Positions 26,076-37,094 are shown, numbered from the stretch's first letter. The stretch: 64,000 nt of DNA from Myxococcota bacterium (GCA_963674735.2 CAXXQS010000001.1:192001-256000), one strand, 5' to 3'. Numbers and translations: made by a program. The notes: generated by a model from the sequence alone, not told the origin.

Positions 26076-27386
26076 ATGCCGTTCCGAGTTGCCTTCTCAA
26101 CGCTTGGTTGTAAGCTAAACCACTATGATACCGCCGCCTTGCGTGGACGGTTGGATGAGTCTGTCTTTGATGTTGTCCGCTTCAAGGACGAGGCGGATGC
26201 TTATGTGGTCAATTCCTGCAGTGTGACCGCCTTGGCCGATCGGCAATCGCGTCAACTGGTTTATCGAGCCCGACGGCTTAATCCGGATGCACTGATCATC
26301 CTGACCGGCTGTTACGCCACGCGTGCCGAAGCCGAGCTTCGAGAACTCACCGAGATCGATCATGTTATTCCTGGACGTCGCTTGGAGGATGTCCTCCCGC
26401 TTCTTCATGCCGAAGCTCTCCGAAAGGGGTTTGCTCCCCAGGAAACCAGTCACGGGCCGCAGTTCGGTTCTCAAAGCCGTCCCTATCTGAAAGTGCAGGA
26501 TGGTTGTAACGCGGTGTGCACCTACTGCGTCATTCCCAAGACCCGTGGGCCTTTGCATAGTCGTCCGCTCGACGAGATTCTGGCTGAATTGGACCTTTAC
26601 GGTCGGCGCGGGGTCAAGGAGGTGATTCTGACCGGTATCCATGTCGGAATGTGGGGGCGGGATCTGCCCGGTCGTCCTACGTTCGATCGGTTGCTGGCGG
26701 AATTGGATGCCAAAACCGCCGTGCCGCGTATTCGTCTGAGTTCGCTCGAACCTTTGGAGCTAAGCGATGCCGTGATCGAGGTGGTGGCGGGTTCCGAAGC
26801 GATCTGTCCGCACTTGCACATTCCTTTGCAGAGCGGAAGTGATGGGGTGCTCGCCCGCATGCGTCGGCCTTACGATACCGCCCGTTATCGTGAACGTATC
26901 GAAGCGGCCTGTGCTGCCTTGCCGCGTTTGGGTCTCGGGATCGATGTCATTGTCGGTTTTCCCGGAGAAACGGAAGCCGAATTCGCCGAGACTGTCTCGT
27001 TTCTTGAAAGTTTACCGTTTCTGTATCTGCATGTGTTTCCCTATTCGGAACGGCCGGATACCCCGGCTGCGGCCATGCCCGACCAAGTTCCGGTGCATGT
27101 TCGCCGAGAGCGGGCGCGTCGCTTGATTGAATTGGCCGAGACACGTCGTCGTCAATCGGCGGAACAACAGATTGGGGTTTCCATGCCGGTGCTGGTGGAA
27201 TGCGATCGGCATACGAAAAGTGGTTTTCAACAGGGATTTGCCGACACCTATCATCACGTGTTGATCCGCTCCGAAACGGATCTGGCCGACAAAATCGTTT
27301 TCGTCAAGCCCTGTGCCCTGTATAATGCCAACCATCATTTGGTGGCCGATTGGGATGAACCGGCTACAACCGACGGGGAACGTTAG
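26076..27386 (+). CDS. mtaB: tRNA t6A37 methylthiotransferase MtaB
   Basis: TLGCKLNHYD, NSCSVT, KVQDGCNAVCTYC, RLSSLEP and HVFPYSER motifs. Confidence 0.93.
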   Translation: MPFRVAFSTLGCKLNHYDTAALRGRLDESVFDVVRFKDEADAYVVNSCSVTALADRQSRQLVYRARRLNPDALIILTGCYATRAEAELRELTEIDHVIPGRRLEDVLPLLHAEALRKGFAPQETSHGPQFGSQSRPYLKVQDGCNAVCTYCVIPKTRGPLHSRPLDEILAELDLYGRRGVKEVILTGIHVGMWGRDLPGRPTFDRLLAELDAKTAVPRIRLSSLEPLELSDAVIEVVAGSEAICPHLHIPLQSGSDGVLARMRRPYDTARYRERIEAACAALPRLGLGIDVIVGFPGETEAEFAETVSFLESLPFLYLHVFPYSERPDTPAAAMPDQVPVHVRRERARRLIELAETRRRQSAEQQIGVSMPVLVECDRHTKSGFQQGFADTYHHVLIRSETDLADKIVFVKPCALYNANHHLVADWDEPATTDGER

Positions 27387-27387
27387 T

Positions 27388-28098
27388 ATGCGTGCTGAGG
27401 TGATCGAGCAAAAATTGAAATTGGGCGAGCAGGCGGCTGGCCATGCGTTCAAGCGGCCTGAACTTTTAAGTGAAGCACTGGCCCATCGATCTTATGCCAA
27501 TGAAAAGCGCCATCAACGGTCGGATAACGATCGTTTGGAATTCCTGGGCGATGCCGTATTGGATTTGCTGACGGCGGAACTTATTTTCACCCGGTATGAA
27601 GAGTTCGACTCGGGTGAAATGACCAAAATCCGGGCCAGTTTGGTTAGCGAGAAAGCCTTGGCGACCTTGGCGCGCCAAATCAATCTGGGCGAAGCGCTGT
27701 TTCTCGGTGTTGGAGAACAGAAATCGGGTGGGGCGGAGAAACCCTCGCTTTTAGCCGATGCCTATGAAGCATTGGTGGCGGCCGTGTATCTCGACGGTGG
27801 CTTGGAAGCGGCTTGGCGGATGGTTTTGCGGGATCTCGAACCTCGTTTGGAGGAGGCCGCCCGTCGACCGGGACGACGCGATTACAAGTCGAAATTGCAG
27901 GAATTTTCGGCCAAAAAGCATATGGGATTGCCCCAATACACGGTGCTGAAAAAGACGGGTCCCGACCACGATCAGCGTTTTTTAGTCGAGTGTTGCCTGG
28001 CGGGCTGTGAATCGACGCGCGCGGAAGGTCCGAATGTCAAATCCGCCGAACAAGCGGCCGCCCGTGTCCTGTATGACCAACTGCGTAAAAACGCCTAG
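27388..28098 (+). CDS. rnc: Ribonuclease III
   Basis: NDRLEFLGDAVL, ADAYEALVAAVYLDGG and a dsRBD (DYKSKLQE..GPDH..AEQAAA). Confidence 0.97.
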   Translation: MRAEVIEQKLKLGEQAAGHAFKRPELLSEALAHRSYANEKRHQRSDNDRLEFLGDAVLDLLTAELIFTRYEEFDSGEMTKIRASLVSEKALATLARQINLGEALFLGVGEQKSGGAEKPSLLADAYEALVAAVYLDGGLEAAWRMVLRDLEPRLEEAARRPGRRDYKSKLQEFSAKKHMGLPQYTVLKKTGPDHDQRFLVECCLAGCESTRAEGPNVKSAEQAAARVLYDQLRKNA

Positions 28099-28106
28099 GA
28101 GTTTCA

Positions 28107-28505
28107 ATGGTTAAGGACGTGATCGTAACGAGCCGCTCCCGTGATGAATTCATTGATGTGACGCATGAGTTGGCCGACGCAGTCCGGGAAGCGGGGATTG
28201 AAGAAGGGGTTGTTACGGCCTTTGTGCGTCATACAACCGCTGCGTTGACCATCAACGAAAACGCTGATCCCGCCGTGCAGCGCGACCTGTTGACCAGCTT
28301 GCGGCGTTTGATCCCCGAGCAGGGAGATTATCGTCACGCGGAAGGAAATTCGGATGCTCATCTCAAAAGCTCCTGTTTCGGTGCGTCGGAGCAGGTGATC
28401 GTCAGCGGGGGACGGTTACTGCTGGGTACTTGGCAGGGAGTGTATTTTTGTGAGTTTGATGGGCCACGCACTCGCCACCTATTGATTCACGTTCAAGGGA
28501 GTTGA
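28107..28505 (+). CDS. yjbQ: YjbQ/UPF0047 family protein
   Basis: HTTAALTINENADP, YRHAEGNSDAH and LGTWQGVYFCEFDGPR motifs. Confidence 0.93.
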   Translation: MVKDVIVTSRSRDEFIDVTHELADAVREAGIEEGVVTAFVRHTTAALTINENADPAVQRDLLTSLRRLIPEQGDYRHAEGNSDAHLKSSCFGASEQVIVSGGRLLLGTWQGVYFCEFDGPRTRHLLIHVQGS

Positions 28506-29146
28506 TGATGCTGCGTTTGTTTTTAACGCTTCTATGTTTGGTGTTGGGAAGCGCAACGGCTTTCGCCGATGTGCCTTGCGCCGGGAGTACGTGTTCCGCC
28601 AATTACTTGTGCCTCGATCGGGGAAACGGAGAGGGCTGCTATCAGATCTGTCGTTGGGATTTCCAATGTGAATCTCAATGTTGTATCCAGATCTGGTCGC
28701 CGCAAACAGCTTGGATTTGCGGAGCTTCCTCGGAATGCGGCGTTGATCCGGGAACGGACGGCGATACGGATGATGGCAGCCTGACGGATGGAGATGCGTC
28801 CTCGGACGACCGCGATCCGGTCGAGCCTACCCGTTGCGGCGATGTTATGTGCACCTCGTTCGAAGCCTGCATCACGCTGGATGATGATCGTGAGGAATGC
28901 GCTCCGATTTGCAGCGCCGCTACCGATTGCGCCTCCGGCTGTTGTGCGGCCACCGAGAGCGGCCGCCGGGTGTGCATGCCGGCCGATATAGAATGTCCCC
29001 AGGATCAAGAAGGCGGTGATAGCGATTCGATTGCGCTGAATACCGATGATTCGGGAGGCTGCGATCAAACCGGGATCAGCACGATCTTGAGTTGGTTGTT
29101 TTTGGCGCTGGGGGGCGTTTTGCTGGCCCGCCGCCGCCGCGCCTAG
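28505..29146 (+). CDS. Cys-rich exported protein with a MYXO-CTERM-like sorting signal
   Basis: Signal peptide ending AFA-D, two Cys-rich modules, and a C-terminal SGGC + TM helix + RRRRA. Confidence 0.8.
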   Translation: MMLRLFLTLLCLVLGSATAFADVPCAGSTCSANYLCLDRGNGEGCYQICRWDFQCESQCCIQIWSPQTAWICGASSECGVDPGTDGDTDDGSLTDGDASSDDRDPVEPTRCGDVMCTSFEACITLDDDREECAPICSAATDCASGCCAATESGRRVCMPADIECPQDQEGGDSDSIALNTDDSGGCDQTGISTILSWLFLALGGVLLARRRRA

Positions 29147-29159
29147 AAACGGATCGAAC

Positions 29160-29819
29160 GTGGCACGGTCTTCCGACACCCCTTCATCGCGACCTGCACC
29201 GCTTCCCTTTGGGGTGATCCTGCTGGCGCTGTTCGGCGTTGTGTTGGGGGGGCTGGGCGTCTACTCCCATGTTTCCGGGTTTCTGACAGACGAGCAAGAA
29301 TCGGATTCGGCGACGGCTCTGCTTGACGAAATCGAGCGTGATCTTCCGCCAGAATACAGTGACCTTCTGCAAGCCTTTCGCAGTGATCCGCAAAATCTCT
29401 CCCTACTGGATCGGGCTTTGGATGCCGCGCATCGGATTCTTCCTTTCAAAGCGCTGTTCAACGTCGTGTCCTTCGTTTTGTCGGTTTTCAGCCTTGTCAT
29501 CGGGGTGGGGTTGTTCCGGCGGTTGGAGTGGGCACGGCGGGCGGAGTGTCTGTTCCTCATTGTCGCGACAGGCGTCGGGATCGCCTTGGGTTATGCGGCC
29601 ATTCCGGGGGTGTTATATTTTATCGGTGAAATAAGCCAGGAACTTGGATTGGAAGGCGGAACAGGGATCACGGCGAGTAAGTTGTATCTCTATTGGACTC
29701 TCGGGAGTGTCTGTTTCATCGTCATGCATGGTATGATCGTTTTATATCTCACCCGCCCACGTGTTCGTTCCGCTTTTGAGAAACAGGCAGAACACGGTCG
29801 TGATAGCGCGTCTCGTTGA
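29160..29819 (+). CDS. Hypothetical membrane protein (about 4 TM helices)
   Basis: Hydrophobic segments, GLFRRLEWAR and a YLTRPRVRSAF tail. Confidence 0.7.
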   Translation: MARSSDTPSSRPAPLPFGVILLALFGVVLGGLGVYSHVSGFLTDEQESDSATALLDEIERDLPPEYSDLLQAFRSDPQNLSLLDRALDAAHRILPFKALFNVVSFVLSVFSLVIGVGLFRRLEWARRAECLFLIVATGVGIALGYAAIPGVLYFIGEISQELGLEGGTGITASKLYLYWTLGSVCFIVMHGMIVLYLTRPRVRSAFEKQAEHGRDSASR

Positions 29820-29832
29820 AACGACACTCTGT

Positions 29833-31098
29833 TTATCGCTCGGATTTGACCCGCCTGACTTCCGCTCCCAGATTCTGAAGATGTTGTTCCAGGTTCTCGT
29901 AACCGCGATCGAGGTGATAAACCCGGGAAATGGACGTTTCGCCTTCTGCAACCAGACCCGCCAGCACCAAACAGGCCGAAGCGCGTAAATCGGTGGCCAT
30001 GACATCCGCACCTTGTAACGATTTAACCCCGCGCACAACGGCGGTGTTGCCTTCGAGCTGGATGTCCGCCCCCATGCGTTGCAACTCGCCGACGTGCATG
30101 AAGCGGTTTTCGAAGATGGTTTCCTTGACGACGCTCTGGCCCTTGGCAAGGGTCATCAGCGCCATCAATTGCGCTTGCATGTCGGTTGGAAAGCCGGGGT
30201 AGGGGCCGGTTGTGATGCTCGTCGGTTCGGGACGTCCCTGGCAACGGATGCGCAGGCCCCCCTCGACTTCGTCGATGATCACGCCCATTTCTGCGAGTTT
30301 GTTGGTAAGGCTGCGCAAAGGTGCGAGTTCCACTCCTTCGAGCACCACGTCGCCGCCGGTGATGGCGGCCGCTACCATGTAAGTCCCCGCTACGATGCGG
30401 TCGGGCATGACCGAATATTCCACGCCGGACAGGTGTTCTACGCCTTCGACGATTAACTCGGAGTTTCCGATCCCGCTGATGTTCGCACCCATGGCGTTGA
30501 GGCAGTTGGCCAGGTCGGTCACCTCGGGTTCGCAAGCGCAATTTTGCAACACCGTGATTCCATCGGCCAATACCGCTGCCATCAGCACGTTTTCCGTGCC
30601 ACCGACGGTGGGAACATCGAAGACGATGCGGGCGCCTTTCAAACGACGCGGCGCGCGGGCCTTGACGTAACCGTGGGCCAGGCGAATATCGGCACCGAGT
30701 GCCTTCATTCCTTTGAGATGCTGGTCCACCGGTCGCGCTCCGATCGCGCAGCCTCCCGGTAGCGATACTTTTGCCTGATTGAAGCGCGCCAGCAACGGTC
30801 CTAAAACCAGCACCGAGGCGCGCATGGTTTTGACCAGATCGTAGGGCGCTTCGAGGTGATTGATCTCTTCCGTGTCGATCAAGACCGCGCCATCCTCTCG
30901 TCGTTCGGCCGTGGCCCCGATCTGACGAAGCAGCCGCAGGCTTGTGTCTACGTCCCAGACGTCGGGGACATTTTTGAAGATACAGGGGGCGCCGGTCAGG
31001 ATCGAGGACAGCAAAATCGGCAGCGCGGCGTTTTTTGCACCTGAAATCGGCACTTTTCCCTTAAGTTTTGTGCCGCCAGTGACGATTAACTTGTCCAT
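29833..31098 (-). CDS. murA: UDP-N-acetylglucosamine 1-carboxyvinyltransferase
   Basis: [33 protein letters not shown] and DLRA motifs. Start moved to MDKL. Confidence 0.98.
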   Translation of the reverse strand: MDKLIVTGGTKLKGKVPISGAKNAALPILLSSILTGAPCIFKNVPDVWDVDTSLRLLRQIGATAERREDGAVLIDTEEINHLEAPYDLVKTMRASVLVLGPLLARFNQAKVSLPGGCAIGARPVDQHLKGMKALGADIRLAHGYVKARAPRRLKGARIVFDVPTVGGTENVLMAAVLADGITVLQNCACEPEVTDLANCLNAMGANISGIGNSELIVEGVEHLSGVEYSVMPDRIVAGTYMVAAAITGGDVVLEGVELAPLRSLTNKLAEMGVIIDEVEGGLRIRCQGRPEPTSITTGPYPGFPTDMQAQLMALMTLAKGQSVVKETIFENRFMHVGELQRMGADIQLEGNTAVVRGVKSLQGADVMATDLRASACLVLAGLVAEGETSISRVYHLDRGYENLEQHLQNLGAEVRRVKSER

Positions 31099-31223
31099 AA
31101 GGGGTTGGTCTCCGTTATCTTTTTCCGTTCGTTTGCACAAATGATTGCAAATTTTCGATAAACCGGATATGACACGTTTCCAGCGAAAACGCAAGCCTAA
31201 CGGAAGAAAGGCCCCCGCTTATC

Positions 31224-31583
31224 ATGTCGTCAAAGAAAATACCGTCCATTAGTGATATCCAGCGCTATCTGCAAAGCCGTGTCTCCCATTGCGGGCTATG
31301 TGGAAGCCAAGATTGGGAACTGGAACCCGATCTACATACCTTACGCTTCGGAAATCCTTGGAAAAGTGGAAAAGGTAAGCAAATACGCTGTGTTTTGTTG
31401 ACCTGCTCATCTTGTGGAAACCTGCATGTCATCCATGTGGACCGCTTGGTGGATCAAGGCAAGCTCAAGATCGAAGCGTTGTCATCGGAAGATGAAGGCA
31501 ACGGCAATCGAAAAGAGGTGCAGATTCGCAAAACGGATAAGGATGGTCCTTCCGTTGGTCAGGCTGTTTCCGTAAACGATTGA
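31224..31583 (+). CDS. Small zinc-ribbon protein
   Basis: CGLCG...TCSSCG pairs; the ORF fills the gap between murA and prmC. Confidence 0.65.
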   Translation: MSSKKIPSISDIQRYLQSRVSHCGLCGSQDWELEPDLHTLRFGNPWKSGKGKQIRCVLLTCSSCGNLHVIHVDRLVDQGKLKIEALSSEDEGNGNRKEVQIRKTDKDGPSVGQAVSVND

Positions 31584-31609
31584 GATTCCAGGGTGTCGAT
31601 GTCGATCTA

Positions 31610-32500
31610 TCACGCTTTTCGCTGCGCCGCAGCGATTCGTTCCTTATCTGATAAGTCATTGTAAATATTAATGTTATCATAGTTTCCCGACGCATCGAGC
31701 ATCTTCCGCAGCGTGTTTCCCTGGCCGTGTCCGATTTCCAGAAACAACCATGCACCGGGACGTAAATAGCGGGGGGCCTGGGTAATCAGCGGACGTATGA
31801 CCGAAAGGCCATCCAACCCGCCGTCCAAAGCCAAATGCGGTTCATGGTCTCGTACTTCGGGGGCCAATTCGGCGATTTCCGGGGTTGGAATGTAAGGGGG
31901 ATTCGATACCACCAGATCCAGGCCATCTCTAAGATTATCCAGTGATTCGAACAAGTTGCCATGTACAAGCTGAATTCGGGAGTCCAGCCCGTGAAAGGCG
32001 ACGTTTCCGCGTGCTACGTCCAGCGCATCCAAAGACAGATCCACGGCCCATATTTCGGCCTGAACCCAGCCTGTAGCCAAAGCGATGGCGATGGCGCCGG
32101 TTCCTGTACCGATTTCAGCCACTCGGCGCGATTGACGATCTCCCTCAGGGGCGACTTCCCGGAAAATGCGTTCGACGAGAACCTCGGTCTCGGGCCTTGG
32201 AATCAGGGCTTTTTCGCTTACCTGAATTTTGAGCGCGTAGAAATCCTGATCGCCGGTCAGTTGTTGGACGGGTGTTCCTTTGGCGCGTCTTCGCACCATC
32301 TCGCGGAAACGGTCCAGATCGGTGGATGTGGGGATGTCGTCGTGGTGCAGGTATAAGTCGATGCGTTTCATCCCCAAAACGTGCGCCAACAAGATTTCCG
32401 CGTCGACACGCGGACTTGCGATGTCACGCTGGGCGAAATAGGATTCCGTAAGTTTGATCAGTTCGATGAAAGTCGGGGAGGGCCGTTGCGGGTCGCTCAC
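31610..32500 (-). CDS. prmC: Release factor glutamine methyltransferase
   Basis: [21 protein letters not shown] and ALDGG motifs; overlaps the prfA stop. Confidence 0.97.
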   Translation of the reverse strand: MSDPQRPSPTFIELIKLTESYFAQRDIASPRVDAEILLAHVLGMKRIDLYLHHDDIPTSTDLDRFREMVRRRAKGTPVQQLTGDQDFYALKIQVSEKALIPRPETEVLVERIFREVAPEGDRQSRRVAEIGTGTGAIAIALATGWVQAEIWAVDLSLDALDVARGNVAFHGLDSRIQLVHGNLFESLDNLRDGLDLVVSNPPYIPTPEIAELAPEVRDHEPHLALDGGLDGLSVIRPLITQAPRYLRPGAWLFLEIGHGQGNTLRKMLDASGNYDNINIYNDLSDKERIAAAQRKA

Positions 32501-33564
32501 ACCGGACCGCCTTTCAGAGCTTCGGCTTGGAAAAAGGTGCGTGTTTGGACGATCAGCTCGTCCAAGTCCCCCTCCATGATTTCCGGTAGACGGTAAACCG
32601 TGTAGTTGATGCGGTGATCGGACAGGCGCCCCTGCGGGAAATTATAGGTGCGGATGCGTTCCGAGCGGTCGCCGCTGCCGACTTGTTGACGCCGGTTGCT
32701 GGCCTGCTCACGCTGTTTGCGTTCCAACTCCACTTCAAGAAGTCGAGATTTCAATATCTTCAGGGCTTTGGACCGATTTTTAATCTGCGAACGTTCGTCC
32801 TGGCAGGTCACCACAATCCCGGAGGGAATGTGGGTCATGCGCACGGCCGAATCGGTGGTGTTGACGTGCTGGCCACCGGCCCCCGAAGAGCGATAGACAT
32901 CGATTCTGAGGTCTTCCGTGCGGACTTCGACATCGGCGTCTTCGGCTTCGATCAGCACCGCAACGGTAGCAGCCGACGTGTGGATGCGTCCTTGTGATTC
33001 CGTTTCCGGAACACGCTGCACGCGGTGCACGCCGCTTTCGTATTTCATGTTCGAATAGACATCTTTCCCCTCGATCAAAAAGACCACTTCCTTGAAGCCG
33101 CCCAGGTCGCTGGGGTGGGAAGACAGAATGTCGATTTTCCAGTTTTTGTTTTCCGCGTAGCGGGTGTACATGCGGTAGAGGTCACCGGCGAACAGGTTGG
33201 CTTCTTCCCCACCCGTTCCGGCTCGAATCTCGATGATGACATTTTTCACGTCGTTGGGATCTTTGGGGAGCAAGAGCACTTTCAGGTGCTCTTCCAGAGC
33301 GTCGCGTTGCTTGTGCAGGTCTCCCAGTTCGTCTTTGGCCATTTGCTGGATTTCGGGGTCCGACTCCTGAAGGAGATCTTCGTTATCGGCGATTTGGCCG
33401 ACAATGGCTTTGAATTTTCGGTAGGTATCGACCAACTCACTCAGATCTGCGTGTTCTTTCCCGGTTGTCTGGTAAGCCTTGCGGTCTGAAATCACCGCCG
33501 GATCGGCCAGTTGTGCCTCCAGGCGCATGTATTTTTCTTCGATCTCGCCCAGTTTTTTCAGCAT
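32497..33564 (-). CDS. prfA: Peptide chain release factor 1
   Basis: PET tripeptide, GAGGQHVN and RTYNFPQ motifs. Confidence 0.98.
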   Translation of the reverse strand: MLKKLGEIEEKYMRLEAQLADPAVISDRKAYQTTGKEHADLSELVDTYRKFKAIVGQIADNEDLLQESDPEIQQMAKDELGDLHKQRDALEEHLKVLLLPKDPNDVKNVIIEIRAGTGGEEANLFAGDLYRMYTRYAENKNWKIDILSSHPSDLGGFKEVVFLIEGKDVYSNMKYESGVHRVQRVPETESQGRIHTSAATVAVLIEAEDADVEVRTEDLRIDVYRSSGAGGQHVNTTDSAVRMTHIPSGIVVTCQDERSQIKNRSKALKILKSRLLEVELERKQREQASNRRQQVGSGDRSERIRTYNFPQGRLSDHRINYTVYRLPEIMEGDLDELIVQTRTFFQAEALKGGPV

Positions 33565-33769
33565 CGACACGGTAGACTCCACTTGCACCTGAACGTGGCG
33601 AAAGGCGCGGCTAAGAATTCCCGCCGACCCCGGACGAGCGGAACGTTACCGGGTAATCTCAGCGAGAGGATCGTTCATAATAAACCGCCGAACCTCGCAT
33701 CGCGCGCAGCTCGGCAGTTTTTATCATTCGGTATCGCGTATCTTATGCGATGCGCGATCCGTTGGTTAG

Positions 33770-34825
33770 CTAGAAGTTGACTTCGGCGTAATTCTTGAAA
33801 ACTTCAATTTCTTTTCGTTCAAGAGTCTGTACCCCGACCCGCTCGCGCCACAATGACTTGCGCAGGGATGCCAGGGCCACTTCCAATTGATCGTCGTCCG
33901 GTTCACGAGTGGTGATCAGTTGCAACCACAAGCCCGGTTTGACCAGCCCACGCACCAGCGGGTTGTTCATATGCTTGGATGACCATTTGAGGAACTCGTA
34001 GGAGACGCCCGCAATCGGGAGCATCAGCGGCAGTTTTACGGCGATCTGCAGCAGGGCGTTGATCAGCCGGTTCTCGTGAAAAGCAGGCAGAAAGGGGAAA
34101 ACCGCCATGAAAACGAAAATGGAGGACAGCAACACGATGATAATGAAGCTTGTCCCGCAGCGGGGATGCAAAGTCGTGTATTTCCGCGCATTTTCAACGG
34201 TCAGTGGTTCTCCGCTCTCGTAGGCGTAGATCGATTTGTGTTCGGCGCCGTGGTATTGGAAGACGCGTTTGATGTCGGGCAGAAGGCTGATACCCAACAC
34301 GTAGGCGACGAACATGGCAATTTTAATCGTTCCGTCGAGTATGTGAAACGCGGCACTGTCGGTGGAAAGTCCCAACAGGGTGGTGGTCATATGCGGGACG
34401 CCTTTGAAGACGAGAAAACCGAAGCCCAGTGAAAACGCGATGGTGCCCGCCAGCATTAATTTCGAGAGGGGCGGTTCGGCGTTTTCTTCGAGTGCCGGAC
34501 CTTCGGATTGGACGTTTTCCGTGTCGCGGTTCGCTTCGGCAGAGGGCTCCCCGGATTGTGGGGTTTCTTTTTCTTCGATCATGGCTTGATTGGCCGAGAA
34601 CATCAAGGCCTGAATCCCATTGACGAGCGATTCCAATAGCACGACCGCACCACGAATGAAGGGCCATCGCAAGAAGCTCATCCGCTCCCACAACGATTCC
34701 CACACCCGTTCGGTGACGACGATCTCGCCGCTCGGACGCCGCACCGCAATCGCAAGCGACTTGGGCGAGCGCATCATGACGCCCTCGATTACGGCCTGAC
34801 CACCTACGTTAATCCGCTTTGCCAT
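33770..34825 (-). CDS. DUF1385 domain membrane protein
   Basis: GGQAVIEGVMM, YHGAEHK, HPRCGTSF and TTREP motifs; rpmE-DUF1385-prfA synteny. Confidence 0.93.
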   Translation of the reverse strand: MAKRINVGGQAVIEGVMMRSPKSLAIAVRRPSGEIVVTERVWESLWERMSFLRWPFIRGAVVLLESLVNGIQALMFSANQAMIEEKETPQSGEPSAEANRDTENVQSEGPALEENAEPPLSKLMLAGTIAFSLGFGFLVFKGVPHMTTTLLGLSTDSAAFHILDGTIKIAMFVAYVLGISLLPDIKRVFQYHGAEHKSIYAYESGEPLTVENARKYTTLHPRCGTSFIIIVLLSSIFVFMAVFPFLPAFHENRLINALLQIAVKLPLMLPIAGVSYEFLKWSSKHMNNPLVRGLVKPGLWLQLITTREPDDDQLEVALASLRKSLWRERVGVQTLERKEIEVFKNYAEVNF

Positions 34826-34949
34826 TCAACACCTCGTTCATTCAATAATAGCACGGAAACCGGAACGCGTAGGGAAAGATTGTTTGGTATGAGGAATCAT
34901 TCCAAGTAATGGAACCGGCTGCCGGCGATCGTGAAGAATGAAACGGCAG

Positions 34950-35162
34950 CTAGGCGTTGCTTGATTTGCGGCCATATTTGCGGTTAAAGCGCTCGACGCG
35001 GCCCTCGGAGTCGACCAGCTTCTGCTTGCCGGTGAAGAACGGATGGCAGGCCGAACAGATGTCTACGCGGTAATCGCCTTTAGTGGACTGGGTCTCGTAA
35101 GCCGCCCCACAGGCGCAGGTGATCGTCGCTTCGGTATACTTCGGATGGATTCCCTTTTTCAT
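34950..35162 (-). CDS. rpmE: 50S ribosomal protein L31 (Zn-binding type A)
   Basis: [25 protein letters not shown]. The true start is at 35162 with an AGGAG RBS. Confidence 0.98.
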   Translation of the reverse strand: MKKGIHPKYTEATITCACGAAYETQSTKGDYRVDICSACHPFFTGKQKLVDSEGRVERFNRKYGRKSSNA

Positions 35163-35361
35163 CGCACACTCCTTCGCAAACTCGATGATAAAGCTTGCCT
35201 TTAAGGGCTTCTCCGCCTCCGGTTGAATTGGAAGCAAGGAAGCCGGTACAAGGTGGACTAATATAAGCGAGTGAAGGGAAATTGCAAGGGAAAAATGGGG
35301 AATTCGCCGTTTTCGCGATTCCGCTTGCCAGTTCGCCAAGGTCAGAGTAGCATCGGAAACT

Positions 35362-35961
35362 ATGATACACCGCATCGTCGCCATATTGCTTGTCTTTTTT
35401 GGATTATCCACCCACGTTGCCGCGCAGACGAGCGGGGAAGCCGTCGTTGAGCGAGAGAGCTCGGCAAAGACGACCCCGGCGTTGGGAGCGGATGCCATGG
35501 CTCAGGAAGCCGCGAGTGAGGCTCTTTTAGGTATCGAGGTCCAGGCTTTTGTCGGCGTAGCGGGACTGATTTCGGACGGCAGTCAGTCGGCGGCCTTGAA
35601 TTTCGGGGCCGATCTGGGCTATCGCTTCATCCCGGCGCTCACGCTCTCGCTGGTTTGGCTGGGCCGCGCACATCCTTGGGAAAGCGGCACGACGCTGTTC
35701 CAAACCGTCGGTCCGGCGTTGCGTTGGAATATCTGGCGCGGTTTGACGCTGGAAGCCGGAGGCGGACTGGCTTTGGGCTTCGTGCGACGCGGCGATTACC
35801 AGCAGTCCGAGATGGGGGGCGGCTGGTTTGCGGCCGTGGGTTATCGCTACTTCTTCCACCCCAACATCGGTGTGGGGGGACGTCTGCTCTTCAGCCAGCG
35901 TTACGTCAAGCAGCTTTATACGGAGATGGGCGTGGTGCTCGGTCCCACACTGGCGTTTTAA
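35362..35961 (+). CDS. Small outer-membrane beta-barrel protein
   Basis: Signal peptide, about eight amphipathic beta strands and a C-terminal Phe. Confidence 0.7.
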   Translation: MIHRIVAILLVFFGLSTHVAAQTSGEAVVERESSAKTTPALGADAMAQEAASEALLGIEVQAFVGVAGLISDGSQSAALNFGADLGYRFIPALTLSLVWLGRAHPWESGTTLFQTVGPALRWNIWRGLTLEAGGGLALGFVRRGDYQQSEMGGGWFAAVGYRYFFHPNIGVGGRLLFSQRYVKQLYTEMGVVLGPTLAF

Positions 35962-35979
35962 AGAATTAGTTTGTTCTAT

Positions 35980-36531
35980 TTAAAACTTGAAATAAAAAAT
36001 TGTAACAATTGATGGTAGAAAGGCGAAGGCCAGTAGCCCATAAATTGAAAGGCTATTTCCAATAAATACTACGATAGAACTAATGATAAGGAGTGCAGAC
36101 CATAGCAATCGAGAGAATATGTTCTTTGATTTGTTGTTATAATAAGATTCTGTAAATATATTGTAATCTTCAATGCTTGGAAATGCATTTACCCCAATTG
36201 CTATACCAATGTAAAAAACGGCGATGTGTGGAAAGCTAGCGCTATTTCCCGCAAGCTGCCATTGTATCATCGATGGGATTGTTAATATTGCACATGTAAA
36301 AGTTCCAAATATGAATGGCGCAAAGCAAATTAATAACGACTTAACTCTTGATCTCTCGGTTTTCGAGATAACAAATGCCGTGCTTGTAAAAGGTACGTAA
36401 TATTTGACGCCGAAAACAGGAACATTGAGGAAGTCAAGGATAAGTTTATGAGAAAATTCATGAAAAATAACACCAGGAAAAGTAAAAAGTGCGAACATAT
36501 CACCTATAGGATTGGAATTGTTATTTGTCAT
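35980..36531 (-). CDS. Membrane zincin-like metalloprotease (HExxH, DUF3267-like)
   Basis: TFPGVIFHEFSH, APF and AFPSxxD motifs; AT-rich codon usage. Confidence 0.7.
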   Translation of the reverse strand: MTNNNSNPIGDMFALFTFPGVIFHEFSHKLILDFLNVPVFGVKYYVPFTSTAFVISKTERSRVKSLLICFAPFIFGTFTCAILTIPSMIQWQLAGNSASFPHIAVFYIGIAIGVNAFPSIEDYNIFTESYYNNKSKNIFSRLLWSALLIISSIVVFIGNSLSIYGLLAFAFLPSIVTIFYFKF

Positions 36532-37010
36532 TTACGTCCTACTGTGGAGAAGAGCCCTTTATATTTATCTGGCATCACGTGTTCTAATTTTTCCCATTGT
36601 TTGCCACTAATGGTTACCCCTTTCAGATGATAAAGTCCTTGAATGTCATCTTCATTGTTTGAATTTAGAAAATAGCATTGTGCAATTGAAACTTTTATTG
36701 TTGCTGAGTTTGGGAAAAAGCTAAGAGCATTTTTTAGGTAATTAATCGCAGTGTCATATTGGTTATTTTCAATCGATTGTTGGCCATTTCTATAAAAATT
36801 TGCGGCAACGATACAGCGATCAAAATCTTTTAAGGAAACTAACAGCAAAATCGAAACGACAATCATTCCAGCTATTAAATACCAAGGGAAATGAAAACGC
36901 TTTATAGGAGGTTTGTTGAGTAGTGAGCCGCAATGATGGCAAAAGGTGTTGCTACTAGTGACCTCTTCTCCACAATTTGAACATATTTGATTGTCCACCG
37001 AATTCCTCAA
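36528..37010 (-). CDS. Zinc-ribbon + TM + TPR protein
   Basis: CSNCG..FCHHCG, one TM helix and a TPR (YDTAINYLKNALSFFPN); 4-nt overlap with the downstream gene. Confidence 0.75.
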   Translation of the reverse strand: MRNSVDNQICSNCGEEVTSSNTFCHHCGSLLNKPPIKRFHFPWYLIAGMIVVSILLLVSLKDFDRCIVAANFYRNGQQSIENNQYDTAINYLKNALSFFPNSATIKVSIAQCYFLNSNNEDDIQGLYHLKGVTISGKQWEKLEHVMPDKYKGLFSTVGRK

Positions 37011-37094
37011 TGGAATTACTAAATTTATAAAAGGCTATCGTATACGGCTTATTATATTAGAAAAAATAAAATTGATAAGTATTTTGTTTTCATA

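Larger units (their letters stand above)
35962..37094. other. AT-rich two-gene islet, probably acquired horizontally
   Basis: Abrupt compositional shift at both ends relative to GC-rich flanks; no mobility gene. Confidence 0.7.

Noticed and set aside
29833-31098. Fosfomycin-resistant MurA variant
   Set aside because: The active-site Cys is retained (GGCAIGARP).
33565-33769. Possible ncRNA between DUF1385 and prfA
   Set aside because: Only one modest hairpin (about 33730-33760) was seen and no known RNA family was recognisable, so support is too weak.
35163-35498. N-terminally extended L31 (182 aa)
   Set aside because: The RBS and L31 homology begin at 35162, and the extension overlaps the divergent beta-barrel gene.
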